Source: an uncultured Hormoscilla sp. (GTDB lineage Bacteria; Cyanobacteriota; Cyanobacteriia; Cyanobacteriales; Desertifilaceae). From it: a DNA stretch of 64,000 bases. Of the stretch, positions 1 to 10,525 are shown piece after piece. Positions within the stretch are counted from its first letter, which is position 1; each line of letters starts with the position of its first letter. The stretch lies in the NCBI GenBank assembly GCA_963921275.4, contig OZ001293.3:6752001-6816000 (forward strand), written 5' to 3'. The position numbers and the translations under genes are program-made. Below the pieces are notes generated by a model that did not search any database, was not told where the DNA came from, and worked only from the letters and a program-made list of their open reading frames with translations.

Positions 1-1017
1 CCTAACTCCGTCGGGATGCTGCCAGTCAGTTGGTTGTCGGACAGCAAGAGATTCTCCAAATTGGAAAGATTCCCTAACTCCGTCGGGATGCTGCCAGTCA
101 AGTTGGTTGGAGGACAGCCGGAGATTCTCCAAATTGGAAAGATTCCCTAACTCCGTCGGGATGCTGCCAGTCAGTTGGTTGGAGAACAGCCGGAGATCCT
201 CCAAATTGGAAAGATTCCCTAACTCCGTCGGGATGCTGCCAGTCAGTCGGTTGTTGTTCAGCCAGAGCGACTCCAAATTGGAAAGATTCCCTAACTCCGT
301 CGGGATGCTGCCAGTCAGTTGGTTGAAGCTTAGGATGAGCCTTATCACCCTGTCGCTAGTTACCGTCACTCCATGCCAACCATTAACAACAGAAGCTTCG
401 GGGGGAATTGCGCTGTTGAAATTCCAGTCCCGCCAGCCTGTATTGCTCCTCCAAGAAACCCCATTGGTGCTTTGATAGAGAGCCCTTAAGGCCTGATACT
501 CCTGCTGGGAGATCAATATGCCCCCATAGGCCATCTGAGCTTCTGCGGACAATGCTAAGGGAGTTTTCATCCCCGGAGTTCGCCACTCCAACTTCCAATT
601 TCCGCCCCGGGCTGCTGCCCCTGTCCGGGTAGTAGAGGCGGCGAGGGATGCCCCGGTTAGGGTCTGTAGCTTAGTCATCAACTCCTCTCCTGCATCTCCG
701 GCGGCGACGTTACAGCCGTAGAGTAGGAGTTGTTTTACCTTCCACTTCTGCAGGGTAGAGGCGTAATCTCCTAGAGTATCTAAACTCAGTTGGGAGTTTC
801 CCAGATACAGACAACCAGGGCTGCCGTGGGAAAGTAGGTGCAGGACTTCTGTTTCCTTATGCTGTTGGAGAAGTTCGCTGATCTGTTTGATGCCATCGGA
901 CCGAAGGTCTAAGAGGAAAGATTTGGCCCCAGGCCGGATGCCGTCTATAAGCTGCTGGTAGTTTTCTAGGGAGGCATCCACTACTACGATGGTGTTGGTA
1001 AAAGATTTATGCTTCAT
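1..1017 (-). pseudogene. 5' part of DUF4347 + plant-type LRR surface protein (paralogue of 15319-19290); runs off the window start; 1-bp insertion near 100
   Basis: ATG at 1017 (MKHKSFTNTIVVVDASLENYQ...); near-identical to 18210-19260; 72-bp LRR units at 1-325; one unit reads gtcaAgttgg instead of gtcagttgg (frameshift or sequencing error). Confidence 0.85.
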
Positions 1018-1049
1018 TTTTTGGTTGCTGAATTGATTTTTCTGTCGAG

Positions 1050-1140
1050 GTGCCGGTTCGCATTGCTGGGCTTCAAGACGTTTCAAAACCCGTTCGTCAG
1101 CATCATAAGCTTTGTCTGCGAGTAACGCATCAGCAGCATA
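1050..1140 (-). mobile_element. IS5-family transposase fragment (also copied at about 21430-21520)
   Basis: Translates ADALLADKAYDADERVLKRLEAQQCEP, a DDE 'ADKAYDAD' motif. Confidence 0.6.
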
Positions 1141-1782
1141 GACAAATAAGCGGTTATCCTTAGCTGTCCCCCCACATAACCCTCCCGACCTGGCAATAGG
1201 TCCCTGATTCTCTCCCACCGGTCATCTCTTAAAGCATAGCGACGCATTTCTCAAATTCTCCTGCTCTAACCTTTACCAACTCAATCATCTTGTTATATAT
1301 TTTTGGTGGGGATCCATATCGTTAATCTAACTGATGACACGCCCTAGATCTCGTAGAGGAAATATTGAGCACACTCCGTTCGCGCAGCGTGGCGCAGCCA
1401 TAAGCGTATTTAGTCTGGCTTAGGCTAACGCGCAGCGTGGCGCAGCCATAGAGATGGTTCCTACTATGTTCTGGGCAGACAGCGGTGACTCCTTATCTGA
1501 ACGGCTTGAGCGAATACTACTACCATCAGAGGATGTTTGTAAAGTAGCAAAAAGCACTCAATATGTAAAAAAGGCTTCCTGGGAAAAGAGCTGAAATATT
1601 AAAATCATCCGTTAGTCATTCAGAAAGCCATGACAAAGCGCATATACCACCGAAGGAACCCAACTACAATGGGAGTTGTTAGAATCTCTCTTACCACCGA
1701 TCACTATTATTCCCCAGGATTGGAGCTGGAGCCACACAGTCAGATAATGTTATAATGGATAGTTGTGTATTCTTTGGCAGCT

Positions 1783-3075
1783 GTGACCACGACCCCTATT
1801 CGTCCGGCGTCTTCCGCATGCTCTTGTCCTGAAGGACTCGGCATGTTCCAGACACCGCCAGATAATCTAGTCGCTGTACCCCAACGCCCCGATCGCCTGG
1901 GACGTTTTGGCAAGTTTGGCGGCAAGTACGTACCGGAAACCCTAATGCCAGCTTTGCTGGAGCTGGAACGGGCGTTTCACCAATACCGCCAGGATCCAGA
2001 TTTTCAACAAGAACTGCAAGGGCTACTCAAAGATTACGTGGGACGGCCCAGTCCTCTGTACTTCGCGGAACGCCTGAGCGCCTATTATACTATACTTGGC
2101 AGTACCCCGCAAATTTATCTGAAGCGGGAGGACTTGAATCACACGGGCGCTCATAAAATCAATAATGCCCTAGCTCAGGCCCTGCTAGCCAAGCGGATGG
2201 GCAAGCAGCGGATCATTGCTGAGACTGGTGCTGGGCAGCATGGGGTGGCGACAGCAACGGTTTGCGCCCGGTTTGGACTGGACTGTGTCATCTATATGGG
2301 CGTCCATGATATGGAACGCCAAGCGCTGAACGTGTTTAGAATGGGACTGTTGGGAGCGGAGGTGCGACCGGTGGAAGCGGGAACGGGTACCCTCAAGGAT
2401 GCTACGTCGGAAGCTATTCGGGACTGGGTGACGAATGTGGAGACTACCCATTACATCTTGGGTTCTGTAGCTGGCCCCCATCCTTACCCGATGATGGTGC
2501 GGGACTTCCATGCAGTTATTGGTCAGGAAACTCGCGCTCAAGCAATGGCTTTATGGGGCGAACTGCCCGATCTTCTCCTAGCTTGCGTGGGCGGCGGTTC
2601 TAATGCCATGGGGTTGTTCCATGAGTTTGTCGAAGAGCGTGAGGTGCGACTGATCGGCGTTGAGGCGGCGGGTGCAGGAGTTGATACTGATAAACATGCT
2701 GCTACCCTGACTCGGGGACGAGTAGGAGTCTTGCATGGGGCCATGAGTTATCTGTTACAAGATGAAGATGGTCAAGTGGTGGAGGCCCACTCGATTAGTG
2801 CTGGTCTGGATTATCCTGGCGTTGGTCCGGAACATAGTTATCTCCAAGATACGGGTCGGGCCGAGTATCATAGCGTGACCGACCAGCAGGCTGTGGATGC
2901 TTTTGAGCTGCTGTCTCGCTTAGAGGGCATTATCCCAGCTCTGGAAACCGCTCACGCGATCGCCTATTTGCCTACTCTCTGCCAGCAGCTGACTGGTAGT
3001 CCCCGCATTGTCATTAATTGTTCGGGGCGCGGCGATAAAGATGTGCAGACTGTAGCTAAATTTGCTAGCCATTAA
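1783..3075 (+). CDS. trpB: Tryptophan synthase beta chain
   Basis: [29 protein letters not shown] (PLP Lys), [16 protein letters not shown]; probable GTG start at 1783. Confidence 0.97.
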   Translation: MTTTPIRPASSACSCPEGLGMFQTPPDNLVAVPQRPDRLGRFGKFGGKYVPETLMPALLELERAFHQYRQDPDFQQELQGLLKDYVGRPSPLYFAERLSAYYTILGSTPQIYLKREDLNHTGAHKINNALAQALLAKRMGKQRIIAETGAGQHGVATATVCARFGLDCVIYMGVHDMERQALNVFRMGLLGAEVRPVEAGTGTLKDATSEAIRDWVTNVETTHYILGSVAGPHPYPMMVRDFHAVIGQETRAQAMALWGELPDLLLACVGGGSNAMGLFHEFVEEREVRLIGVEAAGAGVDTDKHAATLTRGRVGVLHGAMSYLLQDEDGQVVEAHSISAGLDYPGVGPEHSYLQDTGRAEYHSVTDQQAVDAFELLSRLEGIIPALETAHAIAYLPTLCQQLTGSPRIVINCSGRGDKDVQTVAKFASH

Positions 3076-3625
3076 AGCCTCTAGTTCGAGATCGTTCCCC
3101 TGGCTCCCGCCTGGGAACGGGCCTGCTGAGGCTCCCGCTTCTAGTTCGAGATCGTTTCCTGATTGTAGCATTGTCCTTACCCAAAGAAGCAACATTCGGG
3201 TAAATCATTCCTGTTGCCAGCGCGAAATTATTTTACTTACAAAATCTATCTTTTACACGCAAGAGGCAGAGCCTATAAGATAGCATTCCGTGGCTGAGCC
3301 ACGGAACGAGGAAAGGGAGCATTTCATATTTGGGAAGATATCTGTAGGGGCGTTTAGCGGAGCTGCTAGCATTACTGCGACAATCTATGATATAAGTTGA
3401 TAGATATACTAGCGTAATGCTTCGCCCGCGCCAAAGCGAGATGCACCCACGAGGAAATCCCCCGTGTTGCCCGAAATTATTTTACCTACAAAATCTATCA
3501 CCTACACACAAGAGGCAGAGCCTCAAAGATAGCATTCCGTGGCTGAGCCACGGAACGAGAAATACCCGTCGATTTATCTGTGACTGGCGCTGGTGGGCGA
3601 TGCCTACCCTACAGCACAAATAATT

Positions 3626-3943
3626 TCAAGAAGTTGGGGAATCACCATTAGGAGTTTGGCGCATCAGATATTGCCATATCCGCTTGATCTCCGCTCGATC
3701 CACCTCAGCATGGCGAATCGAATTTTCGAGAGTTAGACCTACAGCATCGACAGTACAAGCTGTATTATCGACCTGGCGGGATAAATTATCCATAGAGGTT
3801 TCCATAGCAGCGAGACGCCGTTCCGTTTCTTCCGCAAAGCGATCGAGGCGAGTATCTATGCGCGTGATCGCCTCTGCATGTGCCTGCTGCATCAGAGCCG
3901 TTTGTGCGAGAATCTGTTCTATTTGGTCAAGTTTGCTCGTCAT
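3626..3943 (-). CDS. Small coiled-coil hypothetical protein
   Basis: 105-aa ORF with ATG start, heptad-rich, of a type common in cyanobacteria. Confidence 0.7.
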   Translation of the reverse strand: MTSKLDQIEQILAQTALMQQAHAEAITRIDTRLDRFAEETERRLAAMETSMDNLSRQVDNTACTVDAVGLTLENSIRHAEVDRAEIKRIWQYLMRQTPNGDSPTS

Positions 3944-3973
3944 CTTTTTTTCCTTTTTGTCAGTTATTAAAAT

Positions 3974-4117
3974 ATAATTGACTTATTCTTGGCAAAAGTA
4001 AGCTTAATGTCAGAGATAATTGACTTATTCTCGCCAAGACTAAGCCTATCGGGAGCGAAAATCGACTTATTCTCGGTCGGAATAAATTTATTCTCGGTCG
4101 GAATGGATTTATTCTCA
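3974..4117. repeat. Degenerate ~21-bp tandem repeats (core (G/A)A(C/T)TTATTCT)
   Basis: (g/a)a(c/t)ttattct occurs 5 times at 21- or 42-bp spacing. Confidence 0.55.
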
Positions 4118-4345
4118 GTCAACACCCCCAACCTACCTTGGCCGGAGTTGCGACATGCTATGCGGGGTTGTTCTGCAATAGTGGGGGTCTAAAAGTTGCG
4201 GTTTATTTTATCACTCTTGTGGCTATTGTAACGCTCCTCCAGGATCTACTTATGAGGCGATCGGCCCTGCATCCGAGACAACGAACCACCGGTAAGTAGG
4301 CAAAGGTTTATAGACTTGTAGGATTTGTGGATACCTGAAGCTACG
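4118..4345 (+). mobile_element. IS200/IS605-like end (GTCAACACCCCC...GTGGGGGTCTAAAAG) followed by a probable group II intron 5' remnant starting TTGCG at 4196
   Basis: TTGCGG...GGCTATTGTAACGCTCCTCC and ACAACGAACCACCGGTAAGTAGGCAAAGGT resemble domain I of cyanobacterial group II introns (recognised from memory); no RT ORF or domain V/VI seen. Confidence 0.4.
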
Positions 4346-4519
4346 CGATGTGCAACTTTCTACGGAAGAATAACGGTTTGGTGGTCTTTGGCTGAAAATG
4401 TTGTTCTCAAAACTCCCTAAATCTCGTTGGTTGGAAAAAGTTGCACATGGCGTTGAAGCTTCTCTCAAATGCGAGCGAGTACCAATGGTTTGGGGTAGCT
4501 CAGTTCCTTCCAAAGACCA

Positions 4520-4776
4520 ACCACAAACCCTAGCTAAAAACCGCTAAAGCGGTTTTTAGCTACTCAGGTGGATCAAGCTCACCCGCAAGAATAAACGTTA
4601 TAGGTCAGGACGGGTACGAGGCTAGCTCCAAGCTCTGTCGAGTGTCGTTAAACAGGCAACCGGGTGCTGAATTGCCAATGCGACATTTGCAAAAAGCCAT
4701 TATAACCGATTTTTCCGGAACGGTGCGAAGCCAACTTTACAAGCAATTCCGTTGAGACGCAACAATGTCTAATTAC
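4520..4776 (+). ncRNA. HEARO/omega-RNA-like element (IscB-associated) followed by only the first codons of iscB
   Basis: Perfect 14-bp stem TAGCTAAAAACCGC-taaa-GCGGTTTTTAGCTA (4531-4562), then ordered motifs ACGTTAT..GGTCA, GCTAGCTCCAAGCTCTGTCG, GTTAAACAGG, GCCAATGC, AAAAAGCC..TATAAC, GCGAAGCCAACTTTAC, then ATGTCTAATTAC (MSNY) at 4765. Confidence 0.7.
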
Positions 4777-4871
4777 ACACTTATTTGATCGCACCCAGTC
4801 GAAGAGGACCAGAAATATGGTAAGTTAAGAGAGTTACCGGGTTTCTTAACGAGATCGGATGGTGATTACAC

Positions 4872-5786
4872 ATGCCAAAACAATTTGCTAACATGTTCGT
4901 AGCCCTCATACTTGGCTTGAGTGGCGGCTCTATCTTATATCTGAGAGCATTTCCGAATATATCTTCTTCACCTTTAACTGTGTCTCATCGAACATCTTCA
5001 TCTATTGCGGCCCTAGAGGAACGGGTTTATGCCGAGGTGAATCAATATCGGACATCCCGGAATTTGCCCCCTTTGCAGCTTGATGCTAAAATTAGCGCCG
5101 AAGCCAGAAATCATAGTACTATAATGGCCAGAAGAGGGGAAATTAGTCAGGATGGGTTTGAAAGACGAGTTAAGGCGATCTCCCGCGAGATTCCCTATAG
5201 CAGGGTGGCGGAAAACATCGCTTATAATTCCGGTAATGCTGACCCGGTGAAAGCAGCAGTAGAGGGTTGGATTAATAGCACCAGTCATCGTCAAAATCTG
5301 ACCGGTGATTTCGATTTGACGGGCATTGGCATTGCCAGAAACGAGCGGGGGGAATATTATTTCACTCAAATCTTGATTAAAACTCCGAGATCTATAGCAG
5401 TTGCGGTTCTGGAGGAACGAGTTCACGTTCAGGTAAATAAATATCGGGCTTCCCGGAACTTGCCTCCTCTGAAACTTAATGCTATAATCAGTGAAGAAGT
5501 AAGAAAGCACTCTCAGAGGATGGCGAGAAGAAGGGAAATCAGTCATGATGGGTTTGAAGAGCGCATTCAGGCGATCGGTCGCTGGATTCCCTATGGTGCA
5601 GCGGCTGAGAATGTGGCTTCAAATGCCGGTCACGATAACCCAGCTACTGTGGCAGTAGAGGGGTGGATTAAAAGTCCCGGACATCATCAGAATATGATCG
5701 GTGATTTCGATCTGACGGGCATTGCGATCGTTCGAAACGATCGGGGAGAATATTATTTTACGCAAGTATTTATTAAAGGCAGGTAA
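4872..5786 (+). CDS. Membrane-anchored or secreted protein with two tandem CAP (SCP/YkwD) domains
   Basis: N-terminal hydrophobic segment; two repeats of VNxYR..LPPL..HS..AEN(I/V)A..WIxSxxH..N..G.F..TGI. Confidence 0.92.
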   Translation: MPKQFANMFVALILGLSGGSILYLRAFPNISSSPLTVSHRTSSSIAALEERVYAEVNQYRTSRNLPPLQLDAKISAEARNHSTIMARRGEISQDGFERRVKAISREIPYSRVAENIAYNSGNADPVKAAVEGWINSTSHRQNLTGDFDLTGIGIARNERGEYYFTQILIKTPRSIAVAVLEERVHVQVNKYRASRNLPPLKLNAIISEEVRKHSQRMARRREISHDGFEERIQAIGRWIPYGAAAENVASNAGHDNPATVAVEGWIKSPGHHQNMIGDFDLTGIAIVRNDRGEYYFTQVFIKGR

Positions 5787-5789
5787 GAA

Positions 5790-6413
5790 ATGAAGCAGAC
5801 TCAGGTGCGCGATCGGGATCTTTCTCAGAATATTCTCTCTGCATACCTCTCAGCAGAAGCGGTGGCAGTAGATACGGAAACAATGGGATTGCTGCCCATG
5901 CGCGATCGGCTATGTCTGGTGCAGTTGTGCGATTCTGAAGGTAGAGTAACAGCAATCCGCATTGCCAAAGGACAGACCGAAGCCCCCAATTTAAGGCAGT
6001 TACTGGAAGCAAATAACGTTCTGAAAGTGTTTCATTTTGCCCGCTTCGACCTGGCGATGCTGCGCTACCATCTCCAGATCGAAGTAAAGCCCGTATTTTG
6101 CACGAAAATTGCTAGCCGACTAGCCCGAACCTACACAAATAGACATGGATTGAAGGAGTTAGTACTAGAATTAGAAAAGGCAGAACTGGATAAATCCGCT
6201 CAAAGTTCCGATTGGGGAAATCCGGGGAACTTATCTGCAAAGCAGTTGAGCTATGCTGCCAATGACGTGCGTTATCTGTTGGGGGCGCAACAGAAGTTAG
6301 TAGAGATGCTGCAACGCGAGGAACGATGGGAATTGGCGCAGCAATGTTTTACCTGTTTGCCCGTCCTAGTTTCTCTGGACTTGCTTCAATATAAAGATGT
6401 GTTTGAACATTGA
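5790..6413 (+). CDS. rnd: Ribonuclease D-like DEDDy 3'-5' exonuclease
   Basis: AVDTET, KVFHFARFD, CTKIASRL, SSDWG, YAANDV motifs. Confidence 0.9.
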   Translation: MKQTQVRDRDLSQNILSAYLSAEAVAVDTETMGLLPMRDRLCLVQLCDSEGRVTAIRIAKGQTEAPNLRQLLEANNVLKVFHFARFDLAMLRYHLQIEVKPVFCTKIASRLARTYTNRHGLKELVLELEKAELDKSAQSSDWGNPGNLSAKQLSYAANDVRYLLGAQQKLVEMLQREERWELAQQCFTCLPVLVSLDLLQYKDVFEH

Positions 6414-6649
6414 GAATTGTTAATTTTCAATGGAGAATACACTCATTCCCTGTGTCTCGCAGGGAATGAGAGATCGCTCGTTCCCTGACTCGGGCAGCGA
6501 TCGCGGACTACTCGGCGCGACAAGAAACAGGGTTTCTGCGATAATTGTGGCATTACAACGGATATTTAAGCTTAAGAAACCCGGTTTCTGACCGCCAAAC
6601 CGAAAAGTATTGCCTGTCTGGTATCGATAGAAAGACCTTTTCCCTCCTC

Positions 6650-8836
6650 CTAGTCTTTAGATGACTCTGAGTAATTAAACATGAAGACAAACTTGTTTTT
6701 CGGGAAAATCAGCGTTGGCAGATATAGAGGTTGCTCGTCCCAATCTTTTGCCTTTTCACCTTTTTCATACATCACAACCAACATCGGCACATCTGGATAT
6801 TCCCGTTTTGGCTTAGTTATCCATTTACTGTATGCAAAATTAGAACTCTTCCCCAAAGGACTCCTTCCCCAAGGTCTCAGGCGGTTAGCCAAGTCTAGTC
6901 CCTCACCATTTTTACCTCGGCGAACGTTGAGCATTCCTTCATGAATATTCTCTGCTTTCATAGCCCTGAGAGCTTCCTTGACTTGCTTATCCTCCCATGA
7001 AGCTCCAGCGCAAGGTTCGCTTGGCATATGTTCGAGAACCTGGATTAAAAAGTCAATGTCTACCTGGCGGTATTCCTCATCATCGTTGTATGCAGCTAGA
7101 AGTTCATTGAGGGAGTCTGTATGTTTCTTGACTTCTGAAGCTTTCCAAAGCGGATCGCGAGGGAAAATAGCCGATCCTGGCGTGAAAGCCTCTATTTCCG
7201 CCGGATTCAAAACGTTAGAACGAGTTGGCTTGAGCTTTCGACCAACCCAGACAGGCTTAATCTTAATTTTGCTGGGATCGTCCCCGATCGCCTGGCGCAT
7301 ACCTTCATCAGCCTCATGGATAGCGCAAAAGTCCTCATAAATGTGCTGAGGTACAAACAGACGAGTCACATCTAACAATTCTGGGCGATAACCATACATC
7401 CGTGCGTGTTGATGCACGGTATCCATCAATTTTTGCTTGGGATCGCGCCCGTAGTAAGTAACCATCAACCCCTCAATGGTAACACCGCGCCCTAGGCGGT
7501 TCCCTCCAATCAGAATATTCATTCCGGGGTTATATGTCACTTCTTTATTGGGATTATCTGCATTGATTACTTCTGGGATAGCATTCCGCAGCTTATACTT
7601 TAGCTTCTCGACCAATTCATCAACTGATGGTAAATCCTGTGCTGTTTTGCTTAACTCCCCATGAGCTTGCTTTAAACACTTCAGCGCCTCCTCTTGCTTC
7701 GTTGCAGAGGATTGTCCTCGAATCGCCTTGTCAAGTTCCACAACAAAGTTGCGAATCACTTTTTCCAAATTGCTGTGATTTATGCGCCTGTGGCAAATAT
7801 GGGCGAGGAAAGAATAGACAGCAGAACGATCTTTGGCAGATTTCATCTTGTAAATTGAACCCAAAAAGAAACAGCATAGGGCCAGTTTCAGACCCGGAGG
7901 AATATTCCAGTTATTGCCTAGATTTATATCTCCTCCCTGTTTTTTTAACATATCTAGTTCTTCCGCTTCTACTTCTGTGTAGCAGAAGCTGCGATCGTCC
8001 TTAAAAAACAGGTCTCCTCCCATGTACTTCGCGCCCGGTTGAGAAAGAACACAGAAAGCCGGCTTACATTCATGGTCAATATTTTGCAGCAGCAGACTTT
8101 GGGGAGTAGCTGTAATCTGTAAATAGATATGATTTGCAACCTCTTCCCTAATCTTCCCGATTTTGTCAAAAGTAGAACTATCTGGAACTGTATCTTTCCC
8201 CTTCTTTGATTGCTGGGCCTCATTGGTGTTCAGACTAGCATTGTCAGCTTCGTCATCAAATATAATGGTAGGAACACCACGGGCTTTAGCATCCTTAAGC
8301 ACCTTAAGCAACTTATCTAGGTGATCTTTCTGCTTTGTGGATATCAGGACAACGCCCGTCTCTTTTATATAGTCAAGCAATTGCTGAGTCGCAAATTCTC
8401 CTGGATCCTTTTTCCATTGTTCCCAGTTAAAGACAACCGGTCCACCTTCTAGTTTATTTTTGAAACGTCTAGCAGTTTGTTTCCCGAGCCATACATTATT
8501 AGATGTCAAGACAATAAAACAACGAAATCCATTTGCTTGAGCCATTGCCAGAGTAGCAATGGTAGTCTTAGTCTTGCCGCTTTGGACTTTTCCGTAGATT
8601 ATTCCAGTCGTGCCATTGGGAATTTTGCCTTTGTGAGGCTTACTGACAATACCCGAACCGGTAGCGCCAACATCACCAGCGCCGAAGGTCTTGTCGTAAA
8701 CATCAACACAGTTTTGGACAATTTCCACAGCGGTTTGCTTTAACTGCTCTGCGGCCTTATCCTTTAATTCGTTGCTTACCACCTCAAGCAGGTTATTGAT
8801 GCAATATTCATCAGTCTTAATCGGAGTTTTACTCAT
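6650..8836 (-). CDS. SF2 helicase-like ATPase fused to a Z1 domain
   Basis: GKVQSGKT (Walker A), DDEADNASLN, TATP, YMGGDLFF, ILIGGNRLGRGVTIEGL, QHARMYGYR; ATG at 8836 overlaps the upstream stop. Confidence 0.88.
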   Translation of the reverse strand: MSKTPIKTDEYCINNLLEVVSNELKDKAAEQLKQTAVEIVQNCVDVYDKTFGAGDVGATGSGIVSKPHKGKIPNGTTGIIYGKVQSGKTKTTIATLAMAQANGFRCFIVLTSNNVWLGKQTARRFKNKLEGGPVVFNWEQWKKDPGEFATQQLLDYIKETGVVLISTKQKDHLDKLLKVLKDAKARGVPTIIFDDEADNASLNTNEAQQSKKGKDTVPDSSTFDKIGKIREEVANHIYLQITATPQSLLLQNIDHECKPAFCVLSQPGAKYMGGDLFFKDDRSFCYTEVEAEELDMLKKQGGDINLGNNWNIPPGLKLALCCFFLGSIYKMKSAKDRSAVYSFLAHICHRRINHSNLEKVIRNFVVELDKAIRGQSSATKQEEALKCLKQAHGELSKTAQDLPSVDELVEKLKYKLRNAIPEVINADNPNKEVTYNPGMNILIGGNRLGRGVTIEGLMVTYYGRDPKQKLMDTVHQHARMYGYRPELLDVTRLFVPQHIYEDFCAIHEADEGMRQAIGDDPSKIKIKPVWVGRKLKPTRSNVLNPAEIEAFTPGSAIFPRDPLWKASEVKKHTDSLNELLAAYNDDEEYRQVDIDFLIQVLEHMPSEPCAGASWEDKQVKEALRAMKAENIHEGMLNVRRGKNGEGLDLANRLRPWGRSPLGKSSNFAYSKWITKPKREYPDVPMLVVMYEKGEKAKDWDEQPLYLPTLIFPKNKFVFMFNYSESSKD

Positions 8837-9308
8837 AGTTACTGTCTTGTGATGACAAAAATACGCCAGGCCAGTCACTTTGGGGCACGCTTTGGGCCAT
8901 CTGCTGCCTGCCAGGACCACTTACATGATAGCTTCCGCGAGGTCGCCTCGACACTGATATGTGCTGACCGCCAATCCCAAGGTCTCTGTCTAAGACACTG
9001 CGAAGGCGATCGGCGGCTATGCAGCAAATGCCGTCTTTGTGACAGACTAGGGCCAGGAATACCGAAAAGCCCAGATGCTGGCGATGCAGGGTATTCAGGG
9101 CCGAATCTTCCTGAGAGCTTAAGGTGAAGGACCATGCAGATGTCGGTTTCGTGGACACCTTAAATATAATAGCAGACTGAGTGCGCTCATTTTCAACTAG
9201 GTACAGTGAGGGATGGATCTCTCTGGCATGGGTGATGGTAATTTTGTCTCCATAGTTAATTAGCTTTAAGATGGCGGCACCGTGAAGAAATTCCCGATCG
9301 TTGATCAT
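8829..9308 (-). CDS. 159-aa hypothetical protein, possibly PD-(D/E)XK-like fold, translationally coupled to the Z1 gene
   Basis: ORF with HGAA..., IIFKVSTK..WSFT, LALVC..DGICC, ISVSR..GSY.VSG motifs; 8-bp overlap (ATGAGTAA) with the Z1 gene. Confidence 0.7.
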   Translation of the reverse strand: MINDREFLHGAAILKLINYGDKITITHAREIHPSLYLVENERTQSAIIFKVSTKPTSAWSFTLSSQEDSALNTLHRQHLGFSVFLALVCHKDGICCIAADRLRSVLDRDLGIGGQHISVSRRPRGSYHVSGPGRQQMAQSVPQSDWPGVFLSSQDSNYE

Positions 9309-9387
9309 TTGCAGTCACTTCCCTGACAATTGCATACTATCTCTACTCATAGGTTATTAAAGAGTGCGATCGCCCTTCCCCATATCA

Positions 9388-9954
9388 CTACTCCTGTTCG
9401 CCAAGGCCCGATCGGACCGCAGCGGCAAACTGGGGCGCAACCAGGGCAATATCGGACAAAACCTCTTCCACTGTCATCGGCGGTTTGCGAAGTCCTGCTG
9501 CTTGTTCCCTGACGATCCCCATCATCGTTTCCGAATCTCGTCTAAACAGAATCATCAAGAACTGGTCGGGGGATTTCGCCTCAATCTCGAATGGTGCTAA
9601 CGCCCGATCGGGGAAGTCCTTTAAATTACTCGTTACAATCAATTTTGCATTGTCTGCCACCGCTGCTGCTAAAACATGCCTATCTTTCTCATTATTAGTC
9701 ATAGCAGGAATCAGGCCCTCAAACGCACTCACCGTAACGAAGGGAAAGAATTCGTCCATTCTCCTAACAAGTCTCTGGGCCTGCTGTGGACTCATTCTAC
9801 CAGTTTTTACCAGATTGCGGCTAACTTCCTGTAGAATCATATCACTCCATCTGACTCTATAAAGTTGGGCTTCAGCAGCAGGCAGCAATGGATCTCGTAA
9901 GCTTGCAGGAAAAATAACGCAGGCGTCTAAAACCGCCTTCAATACTTCTGCCAC
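9388..9954 (-). CDS. PIN-domain ribonuclease toxin (PIN_3/VapC-like)
   Basis: AVLDACV, WS..IL.E, KDRHVLAAA, IVTSNLKDFP, PDQFL. Confidence 0.9.
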   Translation of the reverse strand: MAEVLKAVLDACVIFPASLRDPLLPAAEAQLYRVRWSDMILQEVSRNLVKTGRMSPQQAQRLVRRMDEFFPFVTVSAFEGLIPAMTNNEKDRHVLAAAVADNAKLIVTSNLKDFPDRALAPFEIEAKSPDQFLMILFRRDSETMMGIVREQAAGLRKPPMTVEEVLSDIALVAPQFAAAVRSGLGEQE

Positions 9955-9976
9955 CTACAGTCTCCTAATGCTTACT

Positions 9977-10477
9977 CTACTCGGCTGGATTATGCTGCTT
10001 ATTAGTCGGCGTCTTCACCATCGGGTACAAGCCGCACTCCTGGCTAATTTCTGCTAACTCTTGTATACCCCGCCGATGCAATTCCGACAGCTTTTGCTTG
10101 TGCTCCATCACGACATCTAACTCAATTCTCTGCTCCCAACCCGTATCAATAAAAGGAATTTCTCCATTTTTTACGAGGCGCACTACATATTTCCAATCTA
10201 CATTTAGCAAAGCGGCAGCTTCGGAAATTGTCAATGGCTGGTGAAAGGTGGAAATTATTACCCCATTGCCTTTGGTTAACTGATGCGCCGCCTGACGCAG
10301 TAAACGAAACATCGACTCGGGCAGTTCTATTTCTTCTCCCTCTGGGCTGACAAGTCGTGGCAGTTGGGGACCCGATCCATTACTCGGTCCATTCAACAGC
10401 TTCGACAATAAAGCCAACTCGGCGAGTTCTTCGGAGGTTGCCACTATTGGTTCGGGCTCAATGTCAGTATAATTCAT
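9977..10477 (-). CDS. Excisionase-family (HTH_17) DNA-binding protein, putative antitoxin (paralogue 4)
   Basis: GEEIELP, LTISEAAALLNV...GEIPF...RI; directly upstream of the PIN gene. Confidence 0.85.
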   Translation of the reverse strand: MNYTDIEPEPIVATSEELAELALLSKLLNGPSNGSGPQLPRLVSPEGEEIELPESMFRLLRQAAHQLTKGNGVIISTFHQPLTISEAAALLNVDWKYVVRLVKNGEIPFIDTGWEQRIELDVVMEHKQKLSELHRRGIQELAEISQECGLYPMVKTPTNKQHNPAE

Positions 10478-10525
10478 CGGCTTACTGAAAATGCGTTTAC
10501 TCTCTATTCTATACTATTTCCCCAT

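Noticed and set aside
107..475. Plus-strand repetitive ORFs (107-475 and 18215-18745)
   Set aside because: Antisense shadows of the LRR-coding strand.
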